A model generated the notes under the pieces. It was not told the origin of the DNA and did no database searches. It saw only the letters and a program-made list of their open reading frames with translations. Both the position numbers and the translations under genes were made by a program. DNA of 64,000 nucleotides from Octopus vulgaris (Eukaryota), in assembly GCA_951406725.2 (NCBI GenBank), contig OX597819.1:5828001-5892000 (forward strand), read 5' to 3'. This document shows, piece by piece, positions 41,995 to 55,509 of the stretch (the stretch's first letter is position 1; each line of letters opens with the position of its first letter).

Positions 41995-42000
41995 ATATTA

Positions 42001-42055
<55 letters not shown>

Positions 42056-42071
42056 ATATTATATATGTATG

Positions 42072-42134
<63 letters not shown>

Positions 42135-42163
42135 GTATGTATGTATATATATATATATTTATG

Positions 42164-42368
<205 letters not shown>

Positions 42369-42377
42369 ATATATATA

Positions 42378-42683
42378 TTCACAAACGCGAATATGAACTG
42401 CAAAAGCAGAAATTTAATTTACTGCATCAAATGCCCAAATTGTGAAGAAATATATGTAGGTCAGACGGGAAACGCACTATTAGAACGCTCACGTGTACAC
42501 CGGCAACAGATTAGAGACCCAGAGGTCCGTCAGATACCTTTGAGTAACCACCTAGCAACATGTGGTCGGAAAATATATATAATATTTCCATTCTACAAAT
42601 TACACAGCCCAAGTGAAATCGAGAGGAAAATCAGAGAAAAGAATTTTATTGATAAATTCGAACCCAAGCTAAATAAACAATAA
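42378..42683 (+). pseudogene. Penelope-like element GIY-YIG endonuclease domain (5'-truncated, open frame)
   Basis: [52 protein letters not shown]. Confidence 0.92.
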
Positions 42684-43177
42684 TAATAATACTTAGAGGT
42701 ATTACTTCCACTGCTACGACCATGACCACTAACAACAACAACAATACTAAAGGTGATCAAGACGAAGATAGCAGGAAAATTATCTTATTTAGGGTTAAAA
42801 GTTCTATTGCCACCACCATCACCACTAGCAACAATAATTAAGGTGCTGACAATGATGATGATGACAATTGAAATATAAAAATATAAAAATCTCTGACAAA
42901 GGATATTTACAACATTTCTAAAAATAACCCAACAATTGCTGCTTCGGCCAGGGTCAAGATATAGGACTCTTGACCTGTCCAACAAAGCGTGATGCCTAAA
43001 CCAATCAGCTCAACCAACCAATCAGCTTAAGTAATTGAGTGATACTACACACTGATTGGTCAGAATACAGTTTGCAAAACCTAGCACTCTGGAGCCTACC
43101 CAGCTGTATTTATAGCACAGAATCACTCATCTTGCTACAGTCAAAAATTGTGAAGCATGACTGTCAACACTACTACA

Positions 43178-43222
43178 TGAACCCGAAGATTGCAGAATTC
43201 AATGCATGAAAGTACTAGTTCA
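43178..43222 (+). ncRNA. Hammerhead in Penelope pseudo-LTR, core U4>C
   Basis: tgaac-CCGAAGA-ttgca/tgcat-GAAA-gtac-TA-gttca. Confidence 0.78.
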
Positions 43223-43399
43223 ATCAGAATGAATATTTAACATTCTACTATTTCATTTTATTTTATTCAATTATAATATATTATCTTATAATATATCATT
43301 ATAAGATTGTAAATAAAACGTGAAAATCAGACAAGGTTGGAATTCTTTTTATTAATATATTCTTCTATACACAATCACACACACCCATATATATATATA

Positions 43400-43542
<143 letters not shown>

Positions 43543-43929
43543 CTGTCCGGCTAATGCGTTGTCGTTCTTTTTCGGCTGAATTATCCAAACGATGGAGGTA
43601 CTACAAACACCAGAATTCGTGATGTTTCTTTCTTGATCCACTGTACAACTTTCGATAGACAACACGTTGATCTCATAAGTGTCATGTGATGGAAATAAAC
43701 GCAATTACCAAACTTTCATTCATAAGACCATTTACTATTTCGTTTCTTTGCATTTCAATTTGTACATTTGTACAACCGATTGCGTACAAGCGCTTTATGT
43801 AAAACTACGGCCTTTATTTTTTAATCATCATCTGCTGATATCAAAATAAAAATATTTTGTAGCGGGGACCGTTTGTAACTCCAAGGGTCAAAAGTTGAGA
43901 ACCTTTACTGTATAATATACTAAATCATA

Positions 43930-44140
43930 GCGTGGAAGGTGTTTGTAAGCCATTTAAGAAACACACAAAAGCCGTTCGATTCACTTCAACATTTAAGTTT
44001 AATTTATCAAAATATTTTCGTCGCTTTAAGACCGCGACCTGTTCACTGACAAAAATATTTTGACAAATTAAACTTAAATGTTGAAGTGAATCGAACGGCT
44101 TTTGTGTGTTTCTTAAATGGCTTACAAACACCTTCCGCGC
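43930..44140. repeat. ~88 bp inverted repeat with a hammerhead variant at the centre
   Basis: 43930-44018 pairs with 44052-44140. Confidence 0.92.
44005..44051 (-). ncRNA. Hammerhead variant with G3:C8 core (GUGAACA)
   Basis: tgtca-GTGAACA-g-gtcgc(9 nt)gcgac-GAAA-atat-TT-tgata. Confidence 0.72.
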
Positions 44141-44509
44141 TGCAATTGTTTTCGTTCCAGCACACGATCTCAGATCAAATCACTTGCTATGCAAGTACAT
44201 CTCCGTAATACTAAATCAGATCTTCAAGAACAGATATATGCCTTTCTAACATACCCTCCCCTTCCCATCATTGGGACAATGCATAGAACTGTTTGTAATT
44301 GCTAAGTTGGTTTCGTTTGTCTTTGCTTCATCTAATATTTTAGTCTGTAGACGACCCTGCAATGATAATGCTGATGATGGGTCAGTTGTTTTTTCAGGGA
44401 AAATGAAGAACGTGGATTGCTGGACAGTGAAGGGTTTTTCATTGTGGTGTTTAATAGGGCATCAATGGTTCTAGTTTTGAAGAGTGGCCGTACTGCTGGT
44501 CATGTTGTC

Positions 44510-44880
44510 GCTGCTGCTGTTGCTGTTTAGTGAACGGTCTTCGTCCCAGAGCTCGCAAGATGGGAGAAGTCCGAATCGTGGTCCTTTGCTATTTGTAAGA
44601 ACCCGCAGAAGAGAAAGCAGGTCAACCCCCGACACCGAGAGCATCGACGGATGAATGAATGCGCATCCAGGCTCAGCGGTTGCGTAGAAAGTCGGAGGAC
44701 AAGAAAGAGGAAGAAAGAGTGAGAGAAAGAGTACAGCAGGGATCACCACCATCCCCTGCCGGAGCCTCGTGGAGCTTTAGGTGTTTTCGCTCAATAAACA
44801 CACACAACGCCCGGTCTGGGAATCGAAACCGCGATCCTCCGACCGCGAGTCTGCTGCCCTAACCACTGGGCCATTGCGCC
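44510..44880 (-). mobile_element. SINE with family C head and a different 3' tail
   Basis: 44715-44880 matches family C; 44510-44710 is unrelated to the C tail and ends in (CAG/CAA)n. Confidence 0.82.
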
Positions 44881-45488
44881 CCCATTGTCGTTGCTGTTGC
44901 CACTGCTGTCTGTATATACTTTTAATTTTGCTGTTGACGGTGCTTCATTTCCTTAGCATATTTTTCTTGAGAATTCCCTTGGTAATTTTATGAACAGCTT
45001 CATCAGTAAGCATTTTCAACTTTTTAATTTTTAGACATTGTTTTCTAAATCTGGCAATGTATGTAGGGGGTGTAAATTTTGATTTTGCACCCCTCCAAAA
45101 TTTTAGGGGTGTAAGCGCACCACCGACACTCCTGTTCCCGGGCCTTTGCCGGAAGCTTGTAGTTGGGAAGCAAACTTCTCACTACACAGCCTCGTCTATG
45201 CCTGTATATAAAATCATGTAATTTGCTTCTTAAATGCTATTAATTTTCAAATTCTCTCCCTATTATAGTCTCCCACTTCTTTTTCAAGACGTCAGCCGTC
45301 ATAACTCATTATTTCTGCCTGTTATTACTGAACGAACGCAGTTACAGTTTAGACCAGGGGTTCCCAACCTGTGGTCCGTGAACTACATTCAAAATTTCAT
45401 ATATATATATATGATTGATTGATTGATTCCAGTTTCAGCTTATGAGCTGTGGCCATGCTGGGGCACCGCCATATATATATATATATTT

Positions 45489-45679
45489 TACTCTTTTACT
45501 TGTTTGAGTCATTTGACTGCGACCATGCTGGAGCACCGCCTTTAGTCGTGGAAATCGACCCCAGAACTTATTCTTTTTAAGCCTTGTACTTATTCTATCG
45601 GTCTGTTTTGCTGAACCGCTAAGTTACGGGGACGTAAACACACCAGCATCGGTTGTCGAGCGATGCTGGAGGAGGGGGA

Positions 45680-45724
<45 letters not shown>

Positions 45725-45727
45725 GCG

Positions 45728-45814
<87 letters not shown>

Positions 45815-45978
45815 ACATATATAACGGTCTTCTTTCAGTTTCCGTCTACCAAATCCACTCACAAGGCATTGGTCGACCCAAGGCTATAGTTGAACACACT
45901 TGCCCAAGGTGCCACACAGTGGGACTGAACCCGGAACCATGTGGTTGGTAAGCAAGCTACTAACCACACAGCTACTCT
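45489..45978 (-). mobile_element. SINE family A with expanded (CA)n
   Basis: Consensus match. Confidence 0.9.
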
Positions 45979-46201
45979 TATATATATATATATATATATA
46001 AAAGGGTTTGTATGATTGCGTATAGAGGGATATATATTATTCAAAGAAATTCCAACTCTGTTTTTTATGATTTATTTATATTCTTTATAATATTAATGTA
46101 GAATATACAATATATAGTATAAATAGTATATATATACTGTATATACTAGAGTTGGAATTCCTTTGAATAATATATATCCCTCTATACACAATCATACAAA
46201 A

Positions 46202-46279
<78 letters not shown>

Positions 46280-46840
46280 GATAAGCATATTAAAAGGTGG
46301 GCGTGGGGAAACTCCTTTAAATAAAAAGTGTTCTAGTTAGTCAAAAGGTTAGGAAATATTGATTTAAACTAAACATATATTAAAGAAGCAGATGAAATGA
46401 TATTAAAGGGAAATAACTGTTGTCACCAATAGAGTAAGTCATGTCCCTTGGTTCAAAATTATAAAATTTATCCACATGTAGGATATTTCAATATTTGTTT
46501 TACGCCACCCTGCACAGATTGTACAAGGACCATCTACTTTGCACACGATGTCAAATTGATTCTAGCTGAGGATTACATTAAGTGAATACATGTTGTGATT
46601 TTCTGAGGCAATTCCATCGAGTAGCTAATCAATCGAAGAACTGGAATATTCATCTTCTAAACGACGGAGATCCATTTCGCACATACATACATATATATAT
46701 ATATATACATTTATGCATACATGCATACGTACACACACACACACACACACGCACATACAAACATACATACATGCGTACCTACATACATACATCCATGCAT
46801 ATATACATAGGTATACACATACCCACAGGTGTGGTTGTGT

Positions 46841-46900
46841 ATATTAGACTAGATATTAGACTAGATATTAGACTAGATATTAGACTAGATATTAGACTAG
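46841..46900. repeat. 12 bp tandem repeat ATATTAGACTAG x5
   Basis: Direct reading. Confidence 0.95.
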
Positions 46901-47204
46901 ATTCCCTTTGGAATTATATGTATATATATATATTTATATATATATATGTACACATATACATACAGATATATGTATATATATATATTTATATATATATATG
47001 TACACATATACATACAGATACACACACATATAAATATGTGTGTGTGTATGTATATAAATATATGTATGTTTATATATATATATATATGCATGTATGTATA
47101 TGTATGTATGTATACACATAGCCACACACACATATATATATATATATATATGCATGTATGTATATGTATGTATACACACACACACACATATATATACATA
47201 GATA

Positions 47205-48038
47205 TATATATGGGTGTGTGTGATTGTGTATAGAAGAATATATTAATAAAAGGAATTCCAACCTTGTCTGATTTTCACGTTTTATTTACAATCTTATAAT
47301 GATATAATATAAGATAATATAATATAATAAAATAAAATAATAGAATGTTAAATGTTCATTCTGATTGACCTAGTACTTTCATGCATTAAATTATGCAATC
47401 TTCAGGTTCATGTAGTAGTGGTCACAGTCATGCTTCACGATTTTTGACTGTAGTGAGATGGTTAAATCTGTGCCTTAAATAGGGCTGTGTGGGCTCCAGA
47501 TTGCTAGGTTTTGCAAACTGTATTCTGACCAATCAGTGTGTAGCATCACTCAATTACTTAAGCTGATTGGTTGGTTTAGGCGTCACGCTTTGTTGAACAT
47601 GTCAAGAGTCCTGTATCTTAACCCTGGCCGAGGCAGCAATTGTTGGACTATTTTTAGAAATGTTGTAAATAGCCTTTGTCAGGGATTTCTATATGTCAAT
47701 TGTCATCATCATCATCATTGCCAGCACCTTAATTATTGTTGCTAGTGGTGATGGTGGTGGCAATATAACTTTTAACTCTAAATAAGATAATTTTCCTGCT
47801 ATCTTCGTGTTGATCACCTTTAGTATTGATGTTGATGTTAGTGGTCATGGTCGTAGCAGTAGAAGTAGTACCTCTATGTATTATTATTATTGCTTATTTA
47901 GCTTGGGTTCGAATTTATCAATAAAATTCTTTTCTCTGATTTTCCTCTCGATTTCACTCGGGCTGTGTAATTTGTAGAATGGAAATATTGTATATATTTT
48001 CCGACCACATGTTGCTAGGTGGTTACTCAAAGGTATCT
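47205..48038 (-). mobile_element. Second copy of the Penelope-like 3' end, inverted relative to 42378-43390
   Basis: [30 protein letters not shown] plus the same pseudo-LTR. Confidence 0.9.
47366..47410 (-). ncRNA. Hammerhead in Penelope pseudo-LTR, intact core, stem I mismatch
   Basis: tgaac-CTGAAGA-ttgca/tgcat-GAAA-gtac-TA-ggtca. Confidence 0.8.
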
Positions 48039-48360
48039 TACATGTGGTCGGAAAATATATGAATGAAGAAAGTAGTGTTTTGACACTTAAAAATGACAAC
48101 TGATGAGATTAAAAATTATTTTAACAGTATTTTGTGGCATAGAAAATCATAAATTTATTCTGTACGAATACATTTTTCACAGCTAAATATTTATAATCGA
48201 ATATAAATTCCTTAGTTACTATAATTTATTAGTTTCTTTTGCATATTCTTAGTTTATGCATGTGTATGCAAATATAGTATTGGTATATCCCATTCATGTT
48301 CATTAGAAATTAAATAAATAAAGAATTTTGACATCTACGAATATTTATTTCCCCCCACTG

Positions 48361-48393
<33 letters not shown>

Positions 48394-48493
48394 TAAATCC
48401 AAACATGAACAAGCAAGAAAAAACAACAACACGAGGACGTGGAACAAGTACTGCGTTATTGGACGCTCAGGGAAGGAAAGAAAAGGCGGAGGA

Positions 48494-48526
48494 CTTCACG
48501 TTTCGAGCGGAGCTCTTCATCAGAAA
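48494..48526 (-). ncRNA. Minimal hammerhead (family H2), triplet GUG
   Basis: ttt-CTGATGA-a-gagc(tcc)gctc-GAAA-cg-TG-aag. Confidence 0.72.
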
Positions 48527-49707
48527 TATAGAAAAAGTCTAAGGAGGGGATGTCGGAGAAGGAAAATCGCCAACGATACACACGCGGTCACATATTGAAA
48601 TGACCGGAAGGGAATGGGTCAAGAAAACGTTCTTCATTAATACACTGCAAACACATGTCTAAATTCCTTCGATACATGGTCAAATGAAGGACGGGAATTG
48701 GATGGATGTAGAGTTATGGAACCGAAAAGCGATCCAGATCATCCTGAAGAGAACGAGCATTTGAAAATATCAAATAAAAAAATCTTGAATCAAGTTTCAA
48801 TTTTTAAACTGGTAATTGCTTCTTCAACCATTCTTGTTCTTGGATACAGTATAAAACAAAAACAAAATAACCAAAGCATTAGTCTTATTAGTTACTGTAG
48901 TGTTCATCGCTTAAACCACGCCTACGTTGACCAAAATTAAAGTATCGCTTCTAATAAATTCTGAAAATTCAGAGATTCCCAATTTGATGTACGTGATATT
49001 CTCATTTACTGCAATGCAGCGAGGTAGACGAAGTAAATGGCATTACTTTTCTTCAGGAAAGTGGTATAATGTGACCAATTGAAAAAAATTCCAGCCAAAT
49101 ACTAAGTTGAATTACTAGATAACAGCATAAAAGAGTTAGTGAGATGACAGAGACAACAGGTTCTAGAATTCGTTAGCTAACAAACATTCATTCACAGCTA
49201 ACAAATTTCAAATCAAGAAACAGTACATATAACAGAATTCTCAGCACAAAATATATTAAGTATTAACAATGGAAAACAACGTTTGTGCTTCACTACTTCT
49301 TGGCATTACAGAATCAATAGCTTTCCATTCAAGTTTTATAAACTGTCAACGATAGTCACAGAATTTCTACTTCATGTTTTGCAAGCCTCCATTTGGCACG
49401 CATTTACCTAAAAGCATTGATACCTCGCTCTGAACTCTTCCATTATAAAGTATGTCTTCATATACAGCGAACTTTTACAGCGAACTTATTGTAGTCTCTT
49501 GGTTACACTCCGAGAACAATTGAGTTAATTTGTCATTTTCTAAACTAAACACCGGGTGGCTGCGTAGTAAGAAGTTTGCTTCCTAATTATAAGGTTTCGG
49601 GTTCAGTCCCACTGCATGACATCTTTGGCAAGTGTCTTCCATTATAGCCACTGGCCGACAAAGCCTTGTGCGCGGATTTGATATATATATATATATATAT
49701 ATATATA

Positions 49708-50012
49708 TGGAGGCGCAATGGCCTAGTGGTTAGGGCAGCGGACTCGCGGTCACAGGATCGCGGTTTCGATTCCTAGACCGGGCGTTGTGAGTGTTTATTG
49801 ACCGAAAACACCTAAAAGCTTCACGAGGCTCCGGTAGTGGGGGGTGATCCCTGCTGTACTCTTTCAACACAACTTTCTCTCACTCTTTCTACTGTTGGCC
49901 TGCTCGCTTAGCCAGCGGGGTGGCGTCATTCGAAGGCTAAAACAATGCGAACGCATTGTGACCAGCGATGTGTAACAACATCTGATGGTCTGGTCGGTCA
50001 CGTGATCACGTG

Positions 50013-50013
<1 letters not shown>
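49708..50013 (+). mobile_element. SINE with family C head and a third type of tail
   Basis: Head matches C; tail cctgctcgcttagccagc...ggtcacgtgatcacgtga recurs alone at 62196-62312. Confidence 0.85.
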
Positions 50014-50064
<51 letters not shown>

Positions 50065-50322
50065 CTTTACATTTATGGCTATTCTCATCACTACTTGGGT
50101 GTAAGTTTGTTTGCATCCCCGCTAAATTACCGGTTTCGCAAAAGGAACCGATAGAAAAAGAGCAAGTCTTAAAATATAAGTACTCCTGGCGATTCGTTCG
50201 ACTAAACCCTTCGTGATATAATTTCAATTCGACCGCATCGATTCCATGGTTGTGGTAACGCTTCGTTTTGTTGTGTGCAGAATAAAAACAACAAGGAAAC
50301 CAGGATTATTTAAAGAAGCGCA

Positions 50323-50392
50323 TTAGCTAACTGCGGTTTCTTCTTAATGATACACTGCAGTTAAAACTGAGTGGTAATGAATCCTCAGCTAC
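50323..50392 (-). ncRNA. Degenerate hammerhead-like motif
   Basis: gtag-CTGAGGA-ttc..gaa-GAAA-ccgcag-TT; stem I register off by two. Confidence 0.4.
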
Positions 50393-50639
50393 GGCAGAGT
50401 GCATTTCCCTTTTGAAGCTCTGACAAAGCTATAAGGTGACGCATATGTGCTCAATTATAAGTGCATTGTATTTTATAGCAGAAACAGCTGTAAGCTAATG
50501 AAGTTCATTACACAATTTAATTTCTTGTTACCTTGTGATTTATTTCATTACTTATCCAGCTCTGTAGTCGACTAACGCTTTTTTCTGGGGCATATGTATA
50601 TTGAGTTGTAACATCAGGTTGTTAGTATTATTATTTAAT

Positions 50640-51215
50640 TGAACACCATCATAAAGAGTGATGCTAAGGGGATCTGCCCGCTATACAGGAGTAAATCCTG
50701 GAACAGGATACATAAGATACATAACGCCAACAAAAATTACCAGAGTGTCATGCTCGTTGATGCTACCCCTTGCGGCGAACTAGCATACCTTTTTAGAAAA
50801 ACATTAAAGTAGTAGAATGGCCTGGTGCTCCTTTAAAATCTCTGAACTGCAATACCTACCCCTTTGACAAGTCCCCCTGTACGGAGTACAATTGTGTTGT
50901 ATGTAGGATGAAACAACAGGTTAACTGTAAGGTTAGGAATGTAGTGTATAGCTTACGATGTACTGAGGGACGGTGCAGAAACATGACAACTACCTACAAA
51001 GGAGAGACTGCACGCAGCATAGGAAAGCGTATAGGTGAACATTGGCGAGAGCTCGTCAGTGCTCTAACATGCTCAAGCAGAATATGGAGACTCGATTAAT
51101 AGCATAGAGGTTAAAGTACTATCGACACATAAAACTGACATGACATTTAGATAGATTACAGAAGCCACACACATAACAGTAAACAGAGCGAGCCTCAGTA
51201 GAAAACATGAATCGA
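50640..51215 (+). pseudogene. Second, unrelated Penelope-like GIY-YIG remnant (Naiad-like by motif recall)
   Basis: PLYRSKSW, VDATPCGELA, PF..C..C.VC..CKVRNVVYSLRC..YKGETARSIGKRIGEH, ITEATHI; frameshifted. Confidence 0.78.
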
Positions 51216-51964
51216 TCAGTAACGCCCACCACCACAGCATATGACTAAAAACAGAAGGGATGTGAAGAGAGAGAGGGAAAGGGAAAAAAGAACCCGTAAA
51301 TAATACACAGAAACATACAGGGTTATACACACACAATAGACATATATGCACTCAACTGTGATACTTATGAGAAATAGAGATAGATGTGTAAAAAAGTAAA
51401 TAAATATATATATGTATAAATAATCAATAGATAAATATATATATAAATATATCTGCCACATACCTGTGATAAATGTAAGACAGAGATAGATAAAATATAC
51501 AAATAAAACTATGTAAAGGGCATGGATACATACGAAGCGAACCCATACACACACAAACGCACTAACATAACTAACATACACACATGGAACTTCATGGACG
51601 GCTATAACGATGTCAGCAACAGAGCTAATACGGTCAGCAGCAGTGGCGGTGCTAACGATGGCAATAAAATAATAACAACTACAATGATGGCAATACCGTG
51701 GGCGGACACACACAGAGGAATACAAGAACTGTACCATATTTTAAAAACTTTTATTCATTTTCTTCTGGCCTTAGGACAGCAACAGCACAATAGAGTGAGA
51801 GGATGGGATTGAGGGCAAGGCCACACTTCTGCTAAAAACTATGACACACACACACACACACACACACACACAAGGACAACGACACAAACACATGCGCACA
51901 TAAGGATACATAACTTAGAACAGAATGGAGTAAATGGAGCAAGAGCACACACGGAAACGAAAAG

Positions 51965-52009
51965 TGTCACTGAAGAGGTCACAGATGTGTGATGAACGTT
52001 TTCCGGACA
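51965..52009 (+). ncRNA. Degenerate hammerhead downstream of the second GIY-YIG remnant
   Basis: tgtca-CTGAAGA-ggtcaca/tgtgat-GAAC-gttttcc-ggaca. Confidence 0.45.
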
Positions 52010-52067
52010 AGGGACATAAGTTAAAACAAAAATAAACGAGTGAAGAAAAGAAAATGACAAAAGAAAT

Positions 52068-52098
<31 letters not shown>

Positions 52099-53542
52099 CA
52101 TACACACATAGACACACAGGCAGTTAATTATACAACAAGCATCCACAGTGTTTGTTCCTAGTAAATTACAATTAGAAGGCTTTTACTCAACATAGATCAT
52201 GGTAGAATACAATTTCCTAAGGTTCTACACAATAAGATCGAACATGGAACCACGTAGTTGCAAAGCGTTGCTCTCAACCTCATGGTTTTAATTTGCAGTT
52301 GTATTTAAAATCTATTCAACCTTAATTATTTTAATTGTTTCCATTCTACTGTGAAAACTCATGTGCATAGCAAGATCGAGTTCTGAACTCTGATTTGAAG
52401 TAAAGATGTATGGACAATTAATTTTAACCGAATGAATTGTTATTTGCCCAAGAGCATTTCCACTTTTTTATCCTGAAGATGACGTTAAATTCACAGTTGA
52501 AATGAGTGTTAAATTTAGTTAGATTCGACTTAATTTTGGATTGTTTGTGAGGAGAAACGGTAGAATAGTTTGAATGCTGACATTACTAGCAGCTCACGGG
52601 TTTAACACGTGAAATTACACTTTGTTTATCAAATCGCATTACGCTTGTTGTTGAACTGGTTTAGCTAGTAGGAAAAATGAATGGAAGTTTGTTTCATTAC
52701 AGCTTAAGTGAATATATATAACCATGTATGTATGTATGTATGTATGTATGTATGTATGTATGTATGTATGTATGTATGTATGTATGTACATACGTACGTA
52801 CGTATGTATGTATGTATGTATGTATGTATGTATGTATGTATGTATGTATGTATGTATGTATGTATGTATGTATGCATGTATGTGTGCATGCATGTGTGTG
52901 TGTTTGCGATAGGTTTTATATATCTTCTATTATATATTTGTGAAAAGGGCGGACGTTGTCTCAAGTGCAGGCAAAAGAGTTAGTGGCCGGTTTGAGCTGA
53001 AAATTAGCACACCCATGGGGAAGGTGCTGGTGAGTATGCATGGCAAATTTAAGTTTGCTCGATTGAAAGGCGTGGCCGCTAGGGCAAAATTCCTCGTCTT
53101 TAAATTGACTTTTTGACAAGTGGTTGTCGTTTCACTCTTTCGGCTATGACGCTTTCTTCCTCAGTCTCATACATAAATAAATATATACATACATAAATAT
53201 ATAAATTCATGCATATATGCATACGTACATACACACACACACACACATACATACATACATACATACATACATACATACATACATACATACATACATACAT
53301 ACACACAAAAAAACAAAGCTGGTGACCACCTGTGTTTAATGGAGAGGAATAAAATAGTAAATAATCATATTGTGTCGAAAATACATTTCACTCTCTTGAA
53401 GTTTAAATAATCCCGCCACAGGGCTTTTACAATGGTGAATTATTATCGCACAATCATGTATATATATATACATATATATTAACACAATAAATAAATATCT
53501 GATTAATAATAACTGTATTTTCGACATAATATGATTATTTAC

Positions 53543-53583
<41 letters not shown>

Positions 53584-53641
53584 ATATAATGCGTGTATGT
53601 ATATATAAAGTGTATATATCTATATTTATATATAAAGCGAT

Positions 53642-53870
53642 AAACGTCGCCCTTTTCAAGCCTAGCCAAGCTCATGGGCCCGGTTTCCCGGTTTCTGTGG
53701 CGTATGTGTTCCCCCCAGCTGGACGGGACGCCAGTCCATCGCAGCGTTACTCAAGAAACAGGAAGAGAGAGCGAGAGAAAGTTATGGCGAAAGAGTACAA
53801 CAGGGGTCGCCACCACCCCTGCCACAACCTCGTGGAGATGTTAGGTGTTTTCGCTCAATAAACACACACA
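53642..53870 (-). mobile_element. Family C-related SINE body with a fourth tail type
   Basis: C-type middle followed by CTGCGATGGACTGGCGTCCCGTCCAG (V-SINE-like by recall) and cagaaaccggg tail. Confidence 0.7.
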
Positions 53871-53907
53871 TATATATATATGTATGTATATATATATATA
53901 TATGTAC

Positions 53908-54246
53908 TGAGACCCTCTTCGGTTATGACTGACCATGGAGTTGCACCTAGAGAGTTCCTCTCCCAGGCACAAGTCCGGGCAAGGTTGCTTATGGAAGACC
54001 AGCATTCGCCCATTCATACCGGCCTCCCCTCTCCATGCCCCCAATGTTATCCAAGGGAAAGGCAAAGGGGCCGATACAGCTTGGCACATGTGACGTCGCA
54101 ACTCATTTCTAGAACTGAGTGAACTGGAGCAACGTGAAATAAAGTGTCTTGCTCAAGAACACAACACGCAGCTCGGTTCGGGATTCGAATTCACAACCTC
54201 GCGATCGTAAGCTCGACGTTCTAACCACTGAGCCATGTGCCTTCAT
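53908..54246 (-). mobile_element. SINE family D
   Basis: Homologous to 14268-14610. Confidence 0.9.
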
Positions 54247-54256
54247 GCACATATAA

Positions 54257-54326
<70 letters not shown>

Positions 54327-54369
54327 GCGAATATATATACGTATATTTAATGCGTATGTATATACATGT

Positions 54370-54775
<406 letters not shown>

Positions 54776-54831
54776 AATTTTCCCTCACGGGCTATTCTTT
54801 ACTGGAAAGCAATACTCTCGTATTGTATTAC

Positions 54832-54895
<64 letters not shown>

Positions 54896-54991
54896 CTCTG
54901 ATACCATGAGTTGAGGTCATATCTTCTAGTGCCTTCAAATTTAATACACAATTATTAATAATTGAGCCGCAATTATCTATAATTGAAGAGT

Positions 54992-55082
54992 CCTACGCTG
55001 AGGAGGAAAATAGTCAGGTAAGACATAATTATTTAATTTTTATGCTCTACAATGACTTAATTCTGAAACGTGCGTCCGTAGG
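54992..55082 (+). ncRNA. Type I hammerhead ribozyme, intact core, in element 54894-55266
   Basis: cctacg-CTGAGGA-ggaa...ttct-GAAA-cgtgcg-TC-cgtagg. Confidence 0.9.
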
Positions 55083-55264
55083 TAACTTAATATAGAATGA
55101 TTTCCGTCATTTCCTTCTCTTTTGCCTGCGTCGTTTGTTTTTTAAGTGGTTTGGTTTTACTGGGATCCCCCTTTTAAGTAGAAAGAATAGGCAAAACTTT
55201 TTGACTGCTATTTCTAAATTTGGTGTGTGGTGAGGCAAATCGTTGCTGAACCCTTAATTAATTA

Positions 55265-55303
<39 letters not shown>

Positions 55304-55509
55304 CATACATGCATACATGCGTACACACACACACACACATATATATAAATAAAGTATGGGGTATTAGTTCACAGGTGATTAGGTACGCTAGGTAAGTGCT
55401 GTAACGAATTACTGGGGTTCCAAGGTTATTGCAAATTTCCGATGCATCAGATATATAATAGTTAAACGAGACGTCAAACATTAAGGCAAGGTTAACATCT
55501 CAAGTCATA

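Larger units (their letters stand above)
42378..43390 (+). mobile_element. Penelope-like element 3' end (endonuclease plus pseudo-LTR) in (TA)n
   Basis: TA arrays on both sides; HHR in the 3' non-coding part; inverted sibling at 47205-48038. Confidence 0.88.

Noticed and set aside
45354-45383. hAT-like TIR caggggttcccaacctgtggtcc
   Set aside because: No matching second end or TSD in the correct orientation
46841-46900. CRISPR-like array
   Set aside because: Contiguous 12-mers with no spacers, in eukaryotic context
48640-49460. Possible ancient LINE RT on the minus strand (FDHVS, IIPL..CIAVNE)
   Set aside because: Motifs too fragmentary to support without a profile search
52470-52510. CTGAAGA...GAAA hammerhead candidates here and at 9825-9855, 48742 and 53130-53165
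   Set aside because: Stem I and/or stem II could not be paired
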